Below are positions 1 to 8,126 of a DNA stretch of 18,332 nucleotides, piece by piece. The stretch covers positions 1 to 18,332 of the forward strand of contig JANRJA010000043.1 of NCBI GenBank assembly GCA_033764315.1, in the 5' to 3' direction. This stretch comes from Oculatellaceae cyanobacterium bins.114. GTDB lineage: Bacteria; Cyanobacteriota; Cyanobacteriia; Elainellales; Elainellaceae. The notes beneath the pieces are model-generated. The model was not told where the DNA came from, searched no databases, and saw only the letters and a program-made list of their open reading frames with translations. Position numbers and translations under genes: made by a program. The stretch's first letter is position 1, and each line of letters begins with the position of its first letter.

Positions 1-708
1 AGTCCCGTAGACCGGGATTCAGGTTTTGCGACGTGGGAGCCAACAAGTCAGCGTTGTGCTGATTGTGGCGTTTCAGGTTTCAGTCCCGTAGACCGGGATT
101 CAGGTTTTGCGACGCTTCACTAATGCAGATCCACGACTCAATGACTGAGAGTTTCAGTCCCGTAGACCGGGATTCAGGTTTTGCGACGTAAAATTACTGT
201 TTGCAGTGCGAGACGATCGGCAAGTTTCAGTCCCGTAGACCGGGATTCAGGTTTTGCGACGTCTTCTGATTGGCTGATCAGGAAGACTGTTGCTATCGTT
301 TCAGTCCCGTAGACCGGGATTCAGGTTTTGCGACCTTTTCTGGCAATGAGATTGGCTCTGAAGTTTGGGTTGTTTCAGTCCCGTAGACCGGGATTCAGGT
401 TTTGCGACTTTGATTTGCCGCGCATCAGGGCAAATATTGGGCAACTTAATGTTTCAGTCCCGTAGACCGGGATTCAGGTTTTGCGACTTTGAACCCGGTA
501 ATCAACCGCATCCAATGCCACAAGGTTTCAGTCCCGTAGACCGGGATTCAGGTTTTGCGACCGTCTTGAACTTCGACTTCGAGGGCGATCGTTTGATGTT
601 TCAGTCCCGTAGACCGGGATTCAGGTTTTGCGACACGTCTTGAACTTCGACTTCGAGGGCGATCGTTTGATGTTTCAGTCCCGTAGACCGGGATTCAGGT
701 TTTGCGAC
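1..708 (-). CRISPR. CRISPR array, 10 repeats visible (first truncated by the window edge) and 9 spacers of 36-44 nt; repeat in transcribed sense GTCGCAAAACCTGAATCCCGGTCTACGGGACTGAAAC
   Basis: Identical 37-nt repeats at 1-32 (partial), 77, 151, 224, 298, 372, 451, 525, 598 and 672. The repeat has a TCCCG/CGGGA hairpin and an ACTGAAAC 3' end typical of Cas6-processed repeats. Orientation is inferred from the GAAAC end and from the leader and cas2 lying on the right. Confidence 0.99.
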
Positions 709-927
709 AACGCAGTGTAGGAACCTTGCAATGAAAGGATTCTAGCCACCATTTTGGCAAACCTCTTGTGAGATGTCCAAATCCAACCTCTAAAAACCTA
801 ACACAGATATTGTTGCTCACCTTAACCAAGAGTTGAAAGTATTGATTTTTCAAGGTTCTGGCGGTTTTGTCAAACCCTCCAAGGATTTTGCCCTTGCTGA
901 GGTTTGCCAAAATTTGAGATGCCCTAA
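709..927 (-). promoter_or_regulatory. CRISPR leader with repeated TTTTG(G/T)CAAACC motifs
   Basis: Non-coding stretch between the cas2 stop and the first repeat. It carries a perfect 15-bp inverted repeat (751-765 / 899-913) and a third degenerate copy at 865-879. Confidence 0.85.
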
Positions 928-1221
928 TCATAGAACGATCGCTCCTTCCTGTCGCGGTTTCTCTGAACCATAGGCGATCGTCCGTTTTAGTGCTCCAGCA
1001 TCCAAAACATAAATTCTGACTGAATCCTCGTCTGGTTTAATGAGCGTCTCTAACTGAATCTGTAACTTTGTGAACTGTACAGCTGTTAAAAAACATTCAA
1101 AAACGCTGTATTGAGTCCATTTGCCGTAACCAGATAACAGCTTGTGCAGCCGGGTACGGCGTTTATTAGCTACCTTTGTGTCTGGTAAATCGTAAATGAT
1201 GAGATAGAACAGTGTTGTCAT
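928..1221 (-). CDS. cas2: CRISPR-associated endonuclease Cas2
   Basis: YLIIYDLPD N-terminal motif, QYSVFEC and DSVRIY. Start moved to ATG 1221 (MTTLFY, 97 aa), just after the cas1 stop. Confidence 0.96.
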   Translation of the reverse strand: MTTLFYLIIYDLPDTKVANKRRTRLHKLLSGYGKWTQYSVFECFLTAVQFTKLQIQLETLIKPDEDSVRIYVLDAGALKRTIAYGSEKPRQEGAIVL

Positions 1222-1226
1222 TTGCT

Positions 1227-2216
1227 CTAACGCAACACCAATGGTTGATAAGGAATCCCCTCTTGTAAATGTCTTGCTAAGAGACGTGCTTGCAGCTCGA
1301 TCGCTCGACGATAAGTACAACGGTATTCAAATACCGGATGCTTAAATTCATCGCTCATTTTGCGTTCAAATGCTTGGAGAAACCCCTTTCGTCCTGAATC
1401 TGAAAGACGGTAGGCACCGAGACTTTCACTAAAGTCCTTGGGTTGGATTTCTCGGTTATTCATCACGGCTAGCACCAAATTATCAGCCACTAGTGGACGA
1501 AACTCTTCCATCAAATCCAGCACCATCGCGGGTTGACCTCGACTGACTTCATGCAAGTAGCCAACATAGGGATCTAGTCCTGCTAAATGGACAGCGGCTG
1601 TAACCTGCACCCGTAAAAGCCCATAGGCAAAACTCAATAGAGAATTGGCTGGATCAGTTGGCGGACGGCGGTTGCGTCCCTGAAACTTCCACTCGTGATC
1701 TAGCATTTTTACCCAGAAAGCAAAATATTCTCGTGCCGCCATGCCTTCCATGCCTCGTACCTGATCGATGGTGGTTTGGGTCTTTACCTGGCTCTTACGA
1801 AGCTTTAGAGGATTGTCTCGTTCGTTATGGCGATATAACACGGTGTACTGGTTATGAATTTTGGCAGTGACGATCGCCTTCACCAAGTCCAATCGCCGTT
1901 CTAAATCCTTGTAGACCTGATATTGAGCCAACCGTAGTTGCCCATTACGTGACTCACCGGGAAGTGCGGAACCCAAATACTTGCCAAAACTAGACAGATA
2001 GTGAACTGGCATTCCCAACTCTAAGGCATACATCAGTGCATCGCCTGTTACTTGAGGGTTGCCCATTAGAACAACCTGTTCAACCGTCTGAGCTGGAATC
2101 GATTGCTTTTTCCACGACCCATCTTCTTGCTTGAGGGCAACCGTGAAGGCTTCGTAGACTTTGCTTAAAACTGCATCCGGTTGAGTCACATAGAGAACTG
2201 ACATGGGGTTGCTCAC
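1227..2216 (-). CDS. cas1: CRISPR-associated integrase Cas1 (resembles cyanobacterial I-D-associated Cas1)
   Basis: RGMEGMAAREYF, RNRRPPTDPANSLLSFAY, GYLHE and LDLMEEFRP motifs. The start is either GTG 2216 (overlapping the cas4 stop) or ATG 2204. Confidence 0.98.
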   Translation of the reverse strand: MSNPMSVLYVTQPDAVLSKVYEAFTVALKQEDGSWKKQSIPAQTVEQVVLMGNPQVTGDALMYALELGMPVHYLSSFGKYLGSALPGESRNGQLRLAQYQVYKDLERRLDLVKAIVTAKIHNQYTVLYRHNERDNPLKLRKSQVKTQTTIDQVRGMEGMAAREYFAFWVKMLDHEWKFQGRNRRPPTDPANSLLSFAYGLLRVQVTAAVHLAGLDPYVGYLHEVSRGQPAMVLDLMEEFRPLVADNLVLAVMNNREIQPKDFSESLGAYRLSDSGRKGFLQAFERKMSDEFKHPVFEYRCTYRRAIELQARLLARHLQEGIPYQPLVLR

Positions 2217-2785
2217 TTGATTAATTGCTTGACTTCAAACGGCAGACAAATGCCCTGCAAACTACACGCCTGACACTTTTTGGGATAATCAATGGGTATA
2301 GGCATGGATTGATAGACAGCAAGACGGGCAGCTGCGATCGCCGCTTCGGTTGCTTGCCTTAATTCAGACGTAAACGGAACGGTTTGCCGCCTGCGGTTGG
2401 CGTGATAAAAGATCTCTCCATAGGCAAGACTGCGCCCGGTTTGTTCCTCCAGACACAGGGCGGCGGCACAGAGTTGAAAATGATCGCTCAAATGCCTCGC
2501 CATTTTGCCTTTTTTGTATTCCAAAGGAATCAATTGTCCTTCCCGTTCCTCGACCGCATCGATGACACCTGAAACCAGGAGGCGATCGCTCCACACCCAC
2601 TGTTGTTGGTGAATCAGCATGTCCTCTTCCTGAATGACACCTTCCTCGTTGATATTGCGGTGCAAATGGCGACCCATAAGGATATGCTCGTTGTCAGCCA
2701 TCTCACCCAACACGTATTCCAGGTAAAAACGGCGTGGGCAATATTCCCAGGCATTAAGGTATGCCAGGGGCAAATATTCTTCCAT
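2213..2785 (-). CDS. cas4: CRISPR-associated nuclease Cas4
   Basis: YCPRR plus C-terminal CxxCxxxxxC Fe-S cysteines, and RecB-like GVIDAVE..LEYKKG. It lies directly upstream of cas1. Confidence 0.96.
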   Translation of the reverse strand: MEEYLPLAYLNAWEYCPRRFYLEYVLGEMADNEHILMGRHLHRNINEEGVIQEEDMLIHQQQWVWSDRLLVSGVIDAVEEREGQLIPLEYKKGKMARHLSDHFQLCAAALCLEEQTGRSLAYGEIFYHANRRRQTVPFTSELRQATEAAIAAARLAVYQSMPIPIDYPKKCQACSLQGICLPFEVKQLIK

Positions 2786-2807
2786 TGCTTTGGAGGCTTC
2801 CCCTCTT

Positions 2808-3794
2808 CTAATTTTCTTTACCTTTTAGTCGTGTTTGTCCCATGCCCATTGTGGTTTTACGACCAACCCCCGCAAAAGAAGCAAAGTGAGCGAGAATTGT
2901 GGCGATTCTGGCTTGTTCTGGATTAGGAAAGCGATAGCGAACCCAGCCCACAGAACCAATTTCAGAACCTCCTTCCATCCGAAATGTCTTTGTTCTGAGT
3001 TCATACATTGCGACTAAACTCTGCCATTCCACTTTTGGAAAGTGCAGATGGTTGGGGGCAAATGCATTCCAGCGACGATGTAAACCGGCAAATACAAATT
3101 CGGGTAAAGGAAACGGTTGAATCTGTTGTCCTTGCTTAAAGCTAGTGGGTGAAAGAAACTCTAGCTCAATCGCTTCTTTCGGTATGGTCTGTGTCAGTTG
3201 CTCAAACTGATTCATTTGCACAATATCAATTGCTTGTCCCAATCGACAGGCAATGTTTGCCAAGAGCATTTCTTGTCCCAAACTGTGACTCAACCCTAGC
3301 AATAAGGGAGCAAGTAGCTTCTTTTGTAGAAGGCTGATCCGCAGTTTTGGGTGAGAACCCGGACTGATCGATAGGGTAAAGGGAAGCTGGCTTTGCTGAT
3401 GTAAGTGGTCTGCTAGTGCTGAATCAGCGATCGCTAACCATTGGGAAAACTGGGCGTGAATGGCTCGTCCCATTGAACGTGGTAGTGACTCTGCTGGCGT
3501 TAACGAAATTTGCAATACGTGTAAATCGTGATTGTCAACTTCAATACCAGTGAATTCGTAACAGTTACCTTGCCACGCGATCGCCACATTCCAAATTATT
3601 TGCTGACAGATTGTCTGCGTTAATGTCGAGTAGTCTTGCGCCTCAGCAACTAGCATCACTTTCGTCACACCGTTTTGCTGAACGAGTGGAATCCAAGCTT
3701 GGACTGGCTCAAACTTGGATAGCCAGTCTGCTAAACCAATGGCTTGCAGGGTTGAACTCCTCAACGGTTTCAGCACGATCGTCAAGCCAGCCAT
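2808..3794 (-). CDS. cas6: CRISPR pre-crRNA endoribonuclease Cas6
   Basis: C-terminal G-rich loop FAGVGRKTTMGMG, plus FLSPTSF and GRAIHA. Start is placed at ATG 3794, just after the cas5 stop; the ORF track starts at 3833. Confidence 0.95.
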   Translation of the reverse strand: MAGLTIVLKPLRSSTLQAIGLADWLSKFEPVQAWIPLVQQNGVTKVMLVAEAQDYSTLTQTICQQIIWNVAIAWQGNCYEFTGIEVDNHDLHVLQISLTPAESLPRSMGRAIHAQFSQWLAIADSALADHLHQQSQLPFTLSISPGSHPKLRISLLQKKLLAPLLLGLSHSLGQEMLLANIACRLGQAIDIVQMNQFEQLTQTIPKEAIELEFLSPTSFKQGQQIQPFPLPEFVFAGLHRRWNAFAPNHLHFPKVEWQSLVAMYELRTKTFRMEGGSEIGSVGWVRYRFPNPEQARIATILAHFASFAGVGRKTTMGMGQTRLKGKEN

Positions 3795-3795
3795 G

Positions 3796-4566
3796 CTAGT
3801 TAGGTTGTCGTTTGTAGAAGTCATAGCGGGCACTGGTAGCAGTAAGTTGTAGAGGCAATAACCCTGGTTTAATGATGCGATCGCTATCTACTCTGACTTT
3901 TTCATCAGAATAGGGATTGATCCGTCCAAAGGTGGCTTTCTCGCCTAAATCATCCATCGGCTGAAGTGTGAAGCTTGAATTGGCATCCACCTCAACAGTG
4001 GGTTGCGCTGTTGCTTGAGTTTGATCAGGGCAATATTGGAAAAAACAACCCCGTTTGCCAAAGTAGTTGATTTGAGAGAAGAGCGTTGTGAGTTCGGCAA
4101 TGCGCTCAGTTACGCCACAGCAAAGTGTTAGTTCGTCTGCTAAATGCACCCACTCTCGAAACACAAAGCCATCAGTCAAAGGCATTGTGGGGCGAGTCTT
4201 ATCTGCCTTATCTGCGGTCTGATCGTAGTAACGCAGCTTATAGCCGTTGCGATTTACAACTAAAGCGTTTGGCGGTAGCACGCGAATTTCCAGATCTCGA
4301 ATCCAGGCAAAGTCCTGCTTAATCCAAGCATCAAAATCTGTTGAGTGGCTGGCTCCCTGGTTTTCTAGCATCACTTTGAGCAATGCCATCTTGATCGCAT
4401 AGGGCGTTGGCACTAGGTTGGTTCGTGCTGCCATACTGGTGGCATCCGATCGCTTAAGAGAAAACAAGCTGACAGGGGAATAGACAACTGTTAGCCACTT
4501 CTGCTCTCCTCTCGCCTTTTGGGAGAGGGGTTGGGGTTGAGGGTCTTTACTCGTTGCCTTCGCCAT
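3796..4566 (-). CDS. cas5: Cas5-family Cascade subunit (I-A-like)
   Basis: N-terminal YSPVSLFSLK..TNLVPTPYAIKMAL RAMP motif and C-terminal INYFGKRGCF G-loop. It sits between cas7 and cas6. Confidence 0.82.
   Translation of the reverse strand: MAKATSKDPQPQPLSQKARGEQKWLTVVYSPVSLFSLKRSDATSMAARTNLVPTPYAIKMALLKVMLENQGASHSTDFDAWIKQDFAWIRDLEIRVLPPNALVVNRNGYKLRYYDQTADKADKTRPTMPLTDGFVFREWVHLADELTLCCGVTERIAELTTLFSQINYFGKRGCFFQYCPDQTQATAQPTVEVDANSSFTLQPMDDLGEKATFGRINPYSDEKVRVDSDRIIKPGLLPLQLTATSARYDFYKRQPN
4504..4545. repeat. Short palindromic interspersed element inside the cas5 5' coding region
   Basis: CTCCTCTC..TTTT..GGGAGAGGGGTTGGGGTTGAGGG resembles the common GGGAGAGGGG..GGGG.GAGGG dispersed repeat. 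It is translated in frame as DPQPQPLSQKARGE. Confidence 0.6.
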
Positions 4567-5521
4567 TGTTGGTCTCCCACGGCTGTGCTTGTTGAATCAA
4601 CTGCTCGATCTGGTCAGCAAACTGAGCAAAGTCGTCAAAGGGATACTCAAGAATTGTTCCTTCACCGTTGATGCGATTCAACGTCTGAGTCAAACTGCTA
4701 ATTTGCCGTTGATAGCTCTCAATCTGCAATGGACTGATCATCGGGGCAGGACAACGTTTGGTGCTGACTGTGACTACACCTTCAAAGCGATCGGGATGGG
4801 GCAAGTGCGTATTTCGCTTAGCTCCGTTGGGTTGCAGATAGGTATACAACACACTCTTAAGCAACGCATCTAATCGCTTTTTACGTTCAGCCGTATCGAT
4901 CGCGTAGTTGAAACTGTGGGGATTGTAGCCGATACGAAAGGCTTCAATATTCAGTACCGTTGCATATAAACCAGAACTGACCTGGACGTTGTAAGGGGTA
5001 GGATTATCAACCCCATATTTGGCATGAAAGTAGCTTTGAGTTTTGACAGAACCAGGAATACCAACCACAGCTCCAAATTCAATCACTGATTCACGTTTCA
5101 AGGTTTGTCCACCCTTAACCGTTACCATAAAGCCTTCTAAATCACTGATTGTGCACAGAGTTAAAACCTTATTGGTGCGACTTGTTAAATCTGCTTCCTT
5201 GTCTGTGAAAAAAGGCTTTTCCTTGGTTTCAATACTGATGTCATATCCAACTCGATCAGGATTAAACTTCTCTCCACCTTGTGAAAGGGTTAATTGTGAT
5301 TCGATCGCCACCCGATGTAAATGCTCTGCTTGAATGTGTTTCAGCATATCGCCAGAAATGCCATTTACGTACTGCGGTTCAGGATCATTCTTGTCAATGA
5401 TGTAATAGCGGCGTGTAAGAGATTGATTGCCCTCATTGCCTTCATTATTGAGTGCATGAAGTTGCCAAGACAGTAACCCAGAAATTGAAATTGAGTAAAC
5501 CGGAAATGTTTTTTGAGCCAT
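4547..5521 (-). CDS. cas7: Cas7 backbone subunit, DevR/Csa2 (type I-A-like) family
   Basis: ISISG..HALNNEG.EGN, NGISGDMLKH, SDLEGFM..KRESVIEFG and GAKRNTHLPH motifs. The ATG overlaps the HEPN stop (TAATG). Confidence 0.9.
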   Translation of the reverse strand: MAQKTFPVYSISISGLLSWQLHALNNEGNEGNQSLTRRYYIIDKNDPEPQYVNGISGDMLKHIQAEHLHRVAIESQLTLSQGGEKFNPDRVGYDISIETKEKPFFTDKEADLTSRTNKVLTLCTISDLEGFMVTVKGGQTLKRESVIEFGAVVGIPGSVKTQSYFHAKYGVDNPTPYNVQVSSGLYATVLNIEAFRIGYNPHSFNYAIDTAERKKRLDALLKSVLYTYLQPNGAKRNTHLPHPDRFEGVVTVSTKRCPAPMISPLQIESYQRQISSLTQTLNRINGEGTILEYPFDDFAQFADQIEQLIQQAQPWETNNGEGNE

Positions 5522-5862
5522 TATTCATTTTCTCCTTGTTGTACAAAAGCTTGGACCCTTGATTTGAGATCGGGTAAATCGTGCTCAACAATGCGCCAGA
5601 CAATTTCCAGATCCACCCTGAAATATTCGTGAACCAGGATATTGCGGAATTCCACAACCGCAGCCCAAGGAATCTCAGGATGCTGGTCAGTGAATACTTT
5701 GGATAACTTGCTGGATGCCTCACCAATGATTTGCAGATGATGCACAATCCAGATTTGAACCAGTTCATCTTGATTGAACCTGTCTCGCCCCGGAGTGGCA
5801 TACCGTTCAACCTGAGCAATTGCCTCCAAAATATCCTGCAATCGTTCTTTGTCACTTCTCAA
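5521..5862 (-). CDS. hepT: HEPN (HepT/DUF86-like) RNase toxin
   Basis: Rx4H catalytic motif RNILVH followed by EY, plus IIGEA and PEIPW. The TTG start overlaps the MNT stop (TTGA). Confidence 0.92.
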   Translation of the reverse strand: MRSDKERLQDILEAIAQVERYATPGRDRFNQDELVQIWIVHHLQIIGEASSKLSKVFTDQHPEIPWAAVVEFRNILVHEYFRVDLEIVWRIVEHDLPDLKSRVQAFVQQGENE

Positions 5863-6170
5863 AGTGGGATTGCCTCCTTCAAGACCTGCTCTCGAATGCG
5901 GTCTTTTAAAGCTGGTTCTGTGGCAATGTCCACTTTACGCCCCAACAATTGCTCTAGCTCTAACTTCAAGCCTGCTGGAAACCAGGGAGTGATGCGATCG
6001 AGGGAATAATCCACTAGCAAATCAATATCGCTTTGCTCATCTGCTTCCCCCCGCGCTACGGACCCAAATACTCGTAGGTTATAGGCTCCATGTTTGGCGG
6101 CGATCGTAAGAATCGCTTCGCGTTGGCTACCTAGTAAATCATCCATGTCATTACAAGATGGGTGTTTCAT
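5859..6170 (-). CDS. mntA: Minimal nucleotidyltransferase (MNT) antitoxin
   Basis: FGSVARGEADEQSDIDLL (GSx10DxD) and LEQLLGRKVDI. Start is set at ATG 6170 (103 aa), 10 nt after the cas8 stop. Confidence 0.92.
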   Translation of the reverse strand: MKHPSCNDMDDLLGSQREAILTIAAKHGAYNLRVFGSVARGEADEQSDIDLLVDYSLDRITPWFPAGLKLELEQLLGRKVDIATEPALKDRIREQVLKEAIPL

Positions 6171-6180
6171 TGAGTTTCCC

Positions 6181-6672
6181 TTATGCGCTCTCATCTGTGT
6201 TATCGTCATCGCCGGACGGTGCGCCATCGGGTTCTCCTTCTAATGGCTTTTTCCATTTCGCATAGCCATAAGCTAGCAGCAGGTTCGCCACAAGACTCCA
6301 TTTGAAAGGCTGTCCGTCATCTAGCAGCACTAAAAACTGTTCTAAATCTTCGTTCGTCACCCATACTCTTCTAAGCGATTTATTATCTTTCAAAAGTTGT
6401 TCAGAGATTCGCATATTCTCATTGTCATAACTAGTGAGAAAGGCTGATAGCTCAGCAATAAAATCTTGCTTAGAACCCAACTGATTACTTAAGCGTTGTG
6501 CCAATCCATAAGTACGCTGCCAATCAAGTTCTATAGTGCCTTCTCTGGTTTTGATTTTCCCAGCATAGACTGTGGCGCTGTTGATGGCTCTAGCGATTCT
6601 GAGAAAACCCTTATTCTGGGTAATATCCTTGATCGACCATTTTTGGTCAGCTTTGTCGAAACTTCGAGTCAT
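6181..6672 (-). CDS. Probable internally translated Cas11 small subunit (163 aa, MTRSFDKADQ...)
   Basis: In-frame ATG (codon 454 of the large subunit) preceded by AAGAAGGA with 9-nt spacing. Internal Cas11 translation is established for I-B, I-C and I-D systems. Confidence 0.62.
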   Translation of the reverse strand: MTRSFDKADQKWSIKDITQNKGFLRIARAINSATVYAGKIKTREGTIELDWQRTYGLAQRLSNQLGSKQDFIAELSAFLTSYDNENMRISEQLLKDNKSLRRVWVTNEDLEQFLVLLDDGQPFKWSLVANLLLAYGYAKWKKPLEGEPDGAPSGDDDNTDESA

Positions 6673-8031
6673 GATGTCTAATCCTTCTTGAGAAAATCGT
6701 TTCGGTGCATATTTTGCTTTTGGATCTGCCAATTGCCTCACGATGTAATCGGCATAGCTGATGTTGAATCGAAAAAACTGATTGAGGTCATTGCCTGTAA
6801 TAAAGTCTCGATAAGAGTTCAGAAGTTCTCCATTGCCTTCATCGATCGAGAGCGATCGCACCACTGCCAAATGCTCATCTAAAAGACTTTGGTAGTTTTT
6901 CACCTCTTCAGCCGTTTCTGGTCGAATCCAGTCGGGTAAACCGAGACTAAAAACTTCTTTAACACCGTAAACTTGCCCCTTAGACCCGAAATGAGTGCCG
7001 CTAAATCCAGACACCATTTCTTTAATCGAAGGGCTACGCGATCGTTGTTTAATCGGTTTGCCAATCTCTTTAGCAGGATGATGTTTTAGGAGTTCTTTAG
7101 AAAGCCCGATCGACATTTCTGCGTCAAATCTGGCAACTCCGTGTGCGCCGCTCGGCGGGCTAAATTTCCTGACTTCATCTAAAACCTCCCGATAGCTGGA
7201 AAGGCTCAAGTCCTTTGGCTCTAATAACACCATGCGCCAATCGAAAGTATTGTCAGAAACTTTGATGCGTTCAGCAATACCAAACTCAAATAAACCTACG
7301 GCGATCAACCATAGCAATAGCCATTCTTCCTTTTGCCCGCTGCCGTCAACCTTATTGGTATCTGCTTTCAGACGATTTACGCCTTGAACAGAGGTTGGGA
7401 AAAAAATTTTGACTGCACTAGCTGGAGCCGGAAGACTTGTACCCGTAAAGGCTTTGAAGGATGCCGTAGCCTGAGCAATTTCATCACCCTGCGATCGTTT
7501 GTTGATTTCAGCAAAGGCTTTAAAGACTGATGCCACCAATGCTCCAAAATGTTGCTGAATATCCCAGCCTGCTTTCCAGAGGGCATTATGGTTGCGATCG
7601 TGCCGCATCGAAGTGAGAATTACCCCATTTTGAGTCCGCGCATCCGGTTCGGTTGGCTTATCTTCGTCAGCTAATTCCAACTTCTCCCGTTTAGACTGAC
7701 GCTGAAACTCTCGATAGCGATTGCGCGTCTCACTATTTTCTTTTGTGTTGAAGAAATCAATCTCAGACCAGTCTAAACCTGCGATTGCTTCTGTTTTGTC
7801 CCCTTTGACCGGACGTAGGAAGTCTTCATATTGGAGCGTAGAAGCAATTTCGTTAGGGTCAAGATCCTGCTTTAGCTGAATTTGATAACTTGTACCTAAG
7901 TCAGCTAATTTAATTTCTTTCACTCCATAAATCTGTAATTGGGCAATGTAAGCAAGCCGCGCCAAACCCAACATTAAGCAGATATCTGCATAGGTTCCAT
8001 ACTGTTTTGGAACCCTAAGCGCATTAACCAT
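6181..8031 (-). CDS. Putative Cas8-like Cascade large subunit with C-terminal small-subunit-like region
   Basis: 616 aa, placed first among the Cascade genes, with GGAG RBS. The N-terminus LRVPKQYGTYAD..LGLARL is Cas8-like. No N-terminal HD domain is visible, so it is not Cas10d. The call rests mainly on context. Confidence 0.72.
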   Translation of the reverse strand: MVNALRVPKQYGTYADICLMLGLARLAYIAQLQIYGVKEIKLADLGTSYQIQLKQDLDPNEIASTLQYEDFLRPVKGDKTEAIAGLDWSEIDFFNTKENSETRNRYREFQRQSKREKLELADEDKPTEPDARTQNGVILTSMRHDRNHNALWKAGWDIQQHFGALVASVFKAFAEINKRSQGDEIAQATASFKAFTGTSLPAPASAVKIFFPTSVQGVNRLKADTNKVDGSGQKEEWLLLWLIAVGLFEFGIAERIKVSDNTFDWRMVLLEPKDLSLSSYREVLDEVRKFSPPSGAHGVARFDAEMSIGLSKELLKHHPAKEIGKPIKQRSRSPSIKEMVSGFSGTHFGSKGQVYGVKEVFSLGLPDWIRPETAEEVKNYQSLLDEHLAVVRSLSIDEGNGELLNSYRDFITGNDLNQFFRFNISYADYIVRQLADPKAKYAPKRFSQEGLDIMTRSFDKADQKWSIKDITQNKGFLRIARAINSATVYAGKIKTREGTIELDWQRTYGLAQRLSNQLGSKQDFIAELSAFLTSYDNENMRISEQLLKDNKSLRRVWVTNEDLEQFLVLLDDGQPFKWSLVANLLLAYGYAKWKKPLEGEPDGAPSGDDDNTDESA

Positions 8032-8126
8032 ACAACTTCACTCCGTTCAGGTGAGTTACCAACCAATTTGAGTCTTTCCTGAGAGACTATCCTCCAGGGA
8101 AAATCTGTCTCTACCTTGCAAAACAA

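Noticed and set aside
261-287. Imperfect hairpin within spacer 4 (GTCTTC-TGAT...ATCA-G-GAAGAC)
   Set aside because: A single instance, probably inherited from the protospacer or due to chance.
365-643. 92-aa ORF on the plus strand
   Set aside because: It is a translation of CRISPR repeats and spacers.
33-671. Array spacers targeting the adjacent prophage remnant
   Set aside because: No match was seen by eye. A proper alignment and the rest of the array are needed to exclude it.
695-931. 78-aa ORF on the minus strand
   Set aside because: It spans the leader and the first repeat and has no recognisable motif.
6181-8031. Cas10d, i.e. a canonical I-D call
   Set aside because: The protein is too short and has no N-terminal HD domain. 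The HD is on Cas3, and Cas7 is DevR/Csa2-like.
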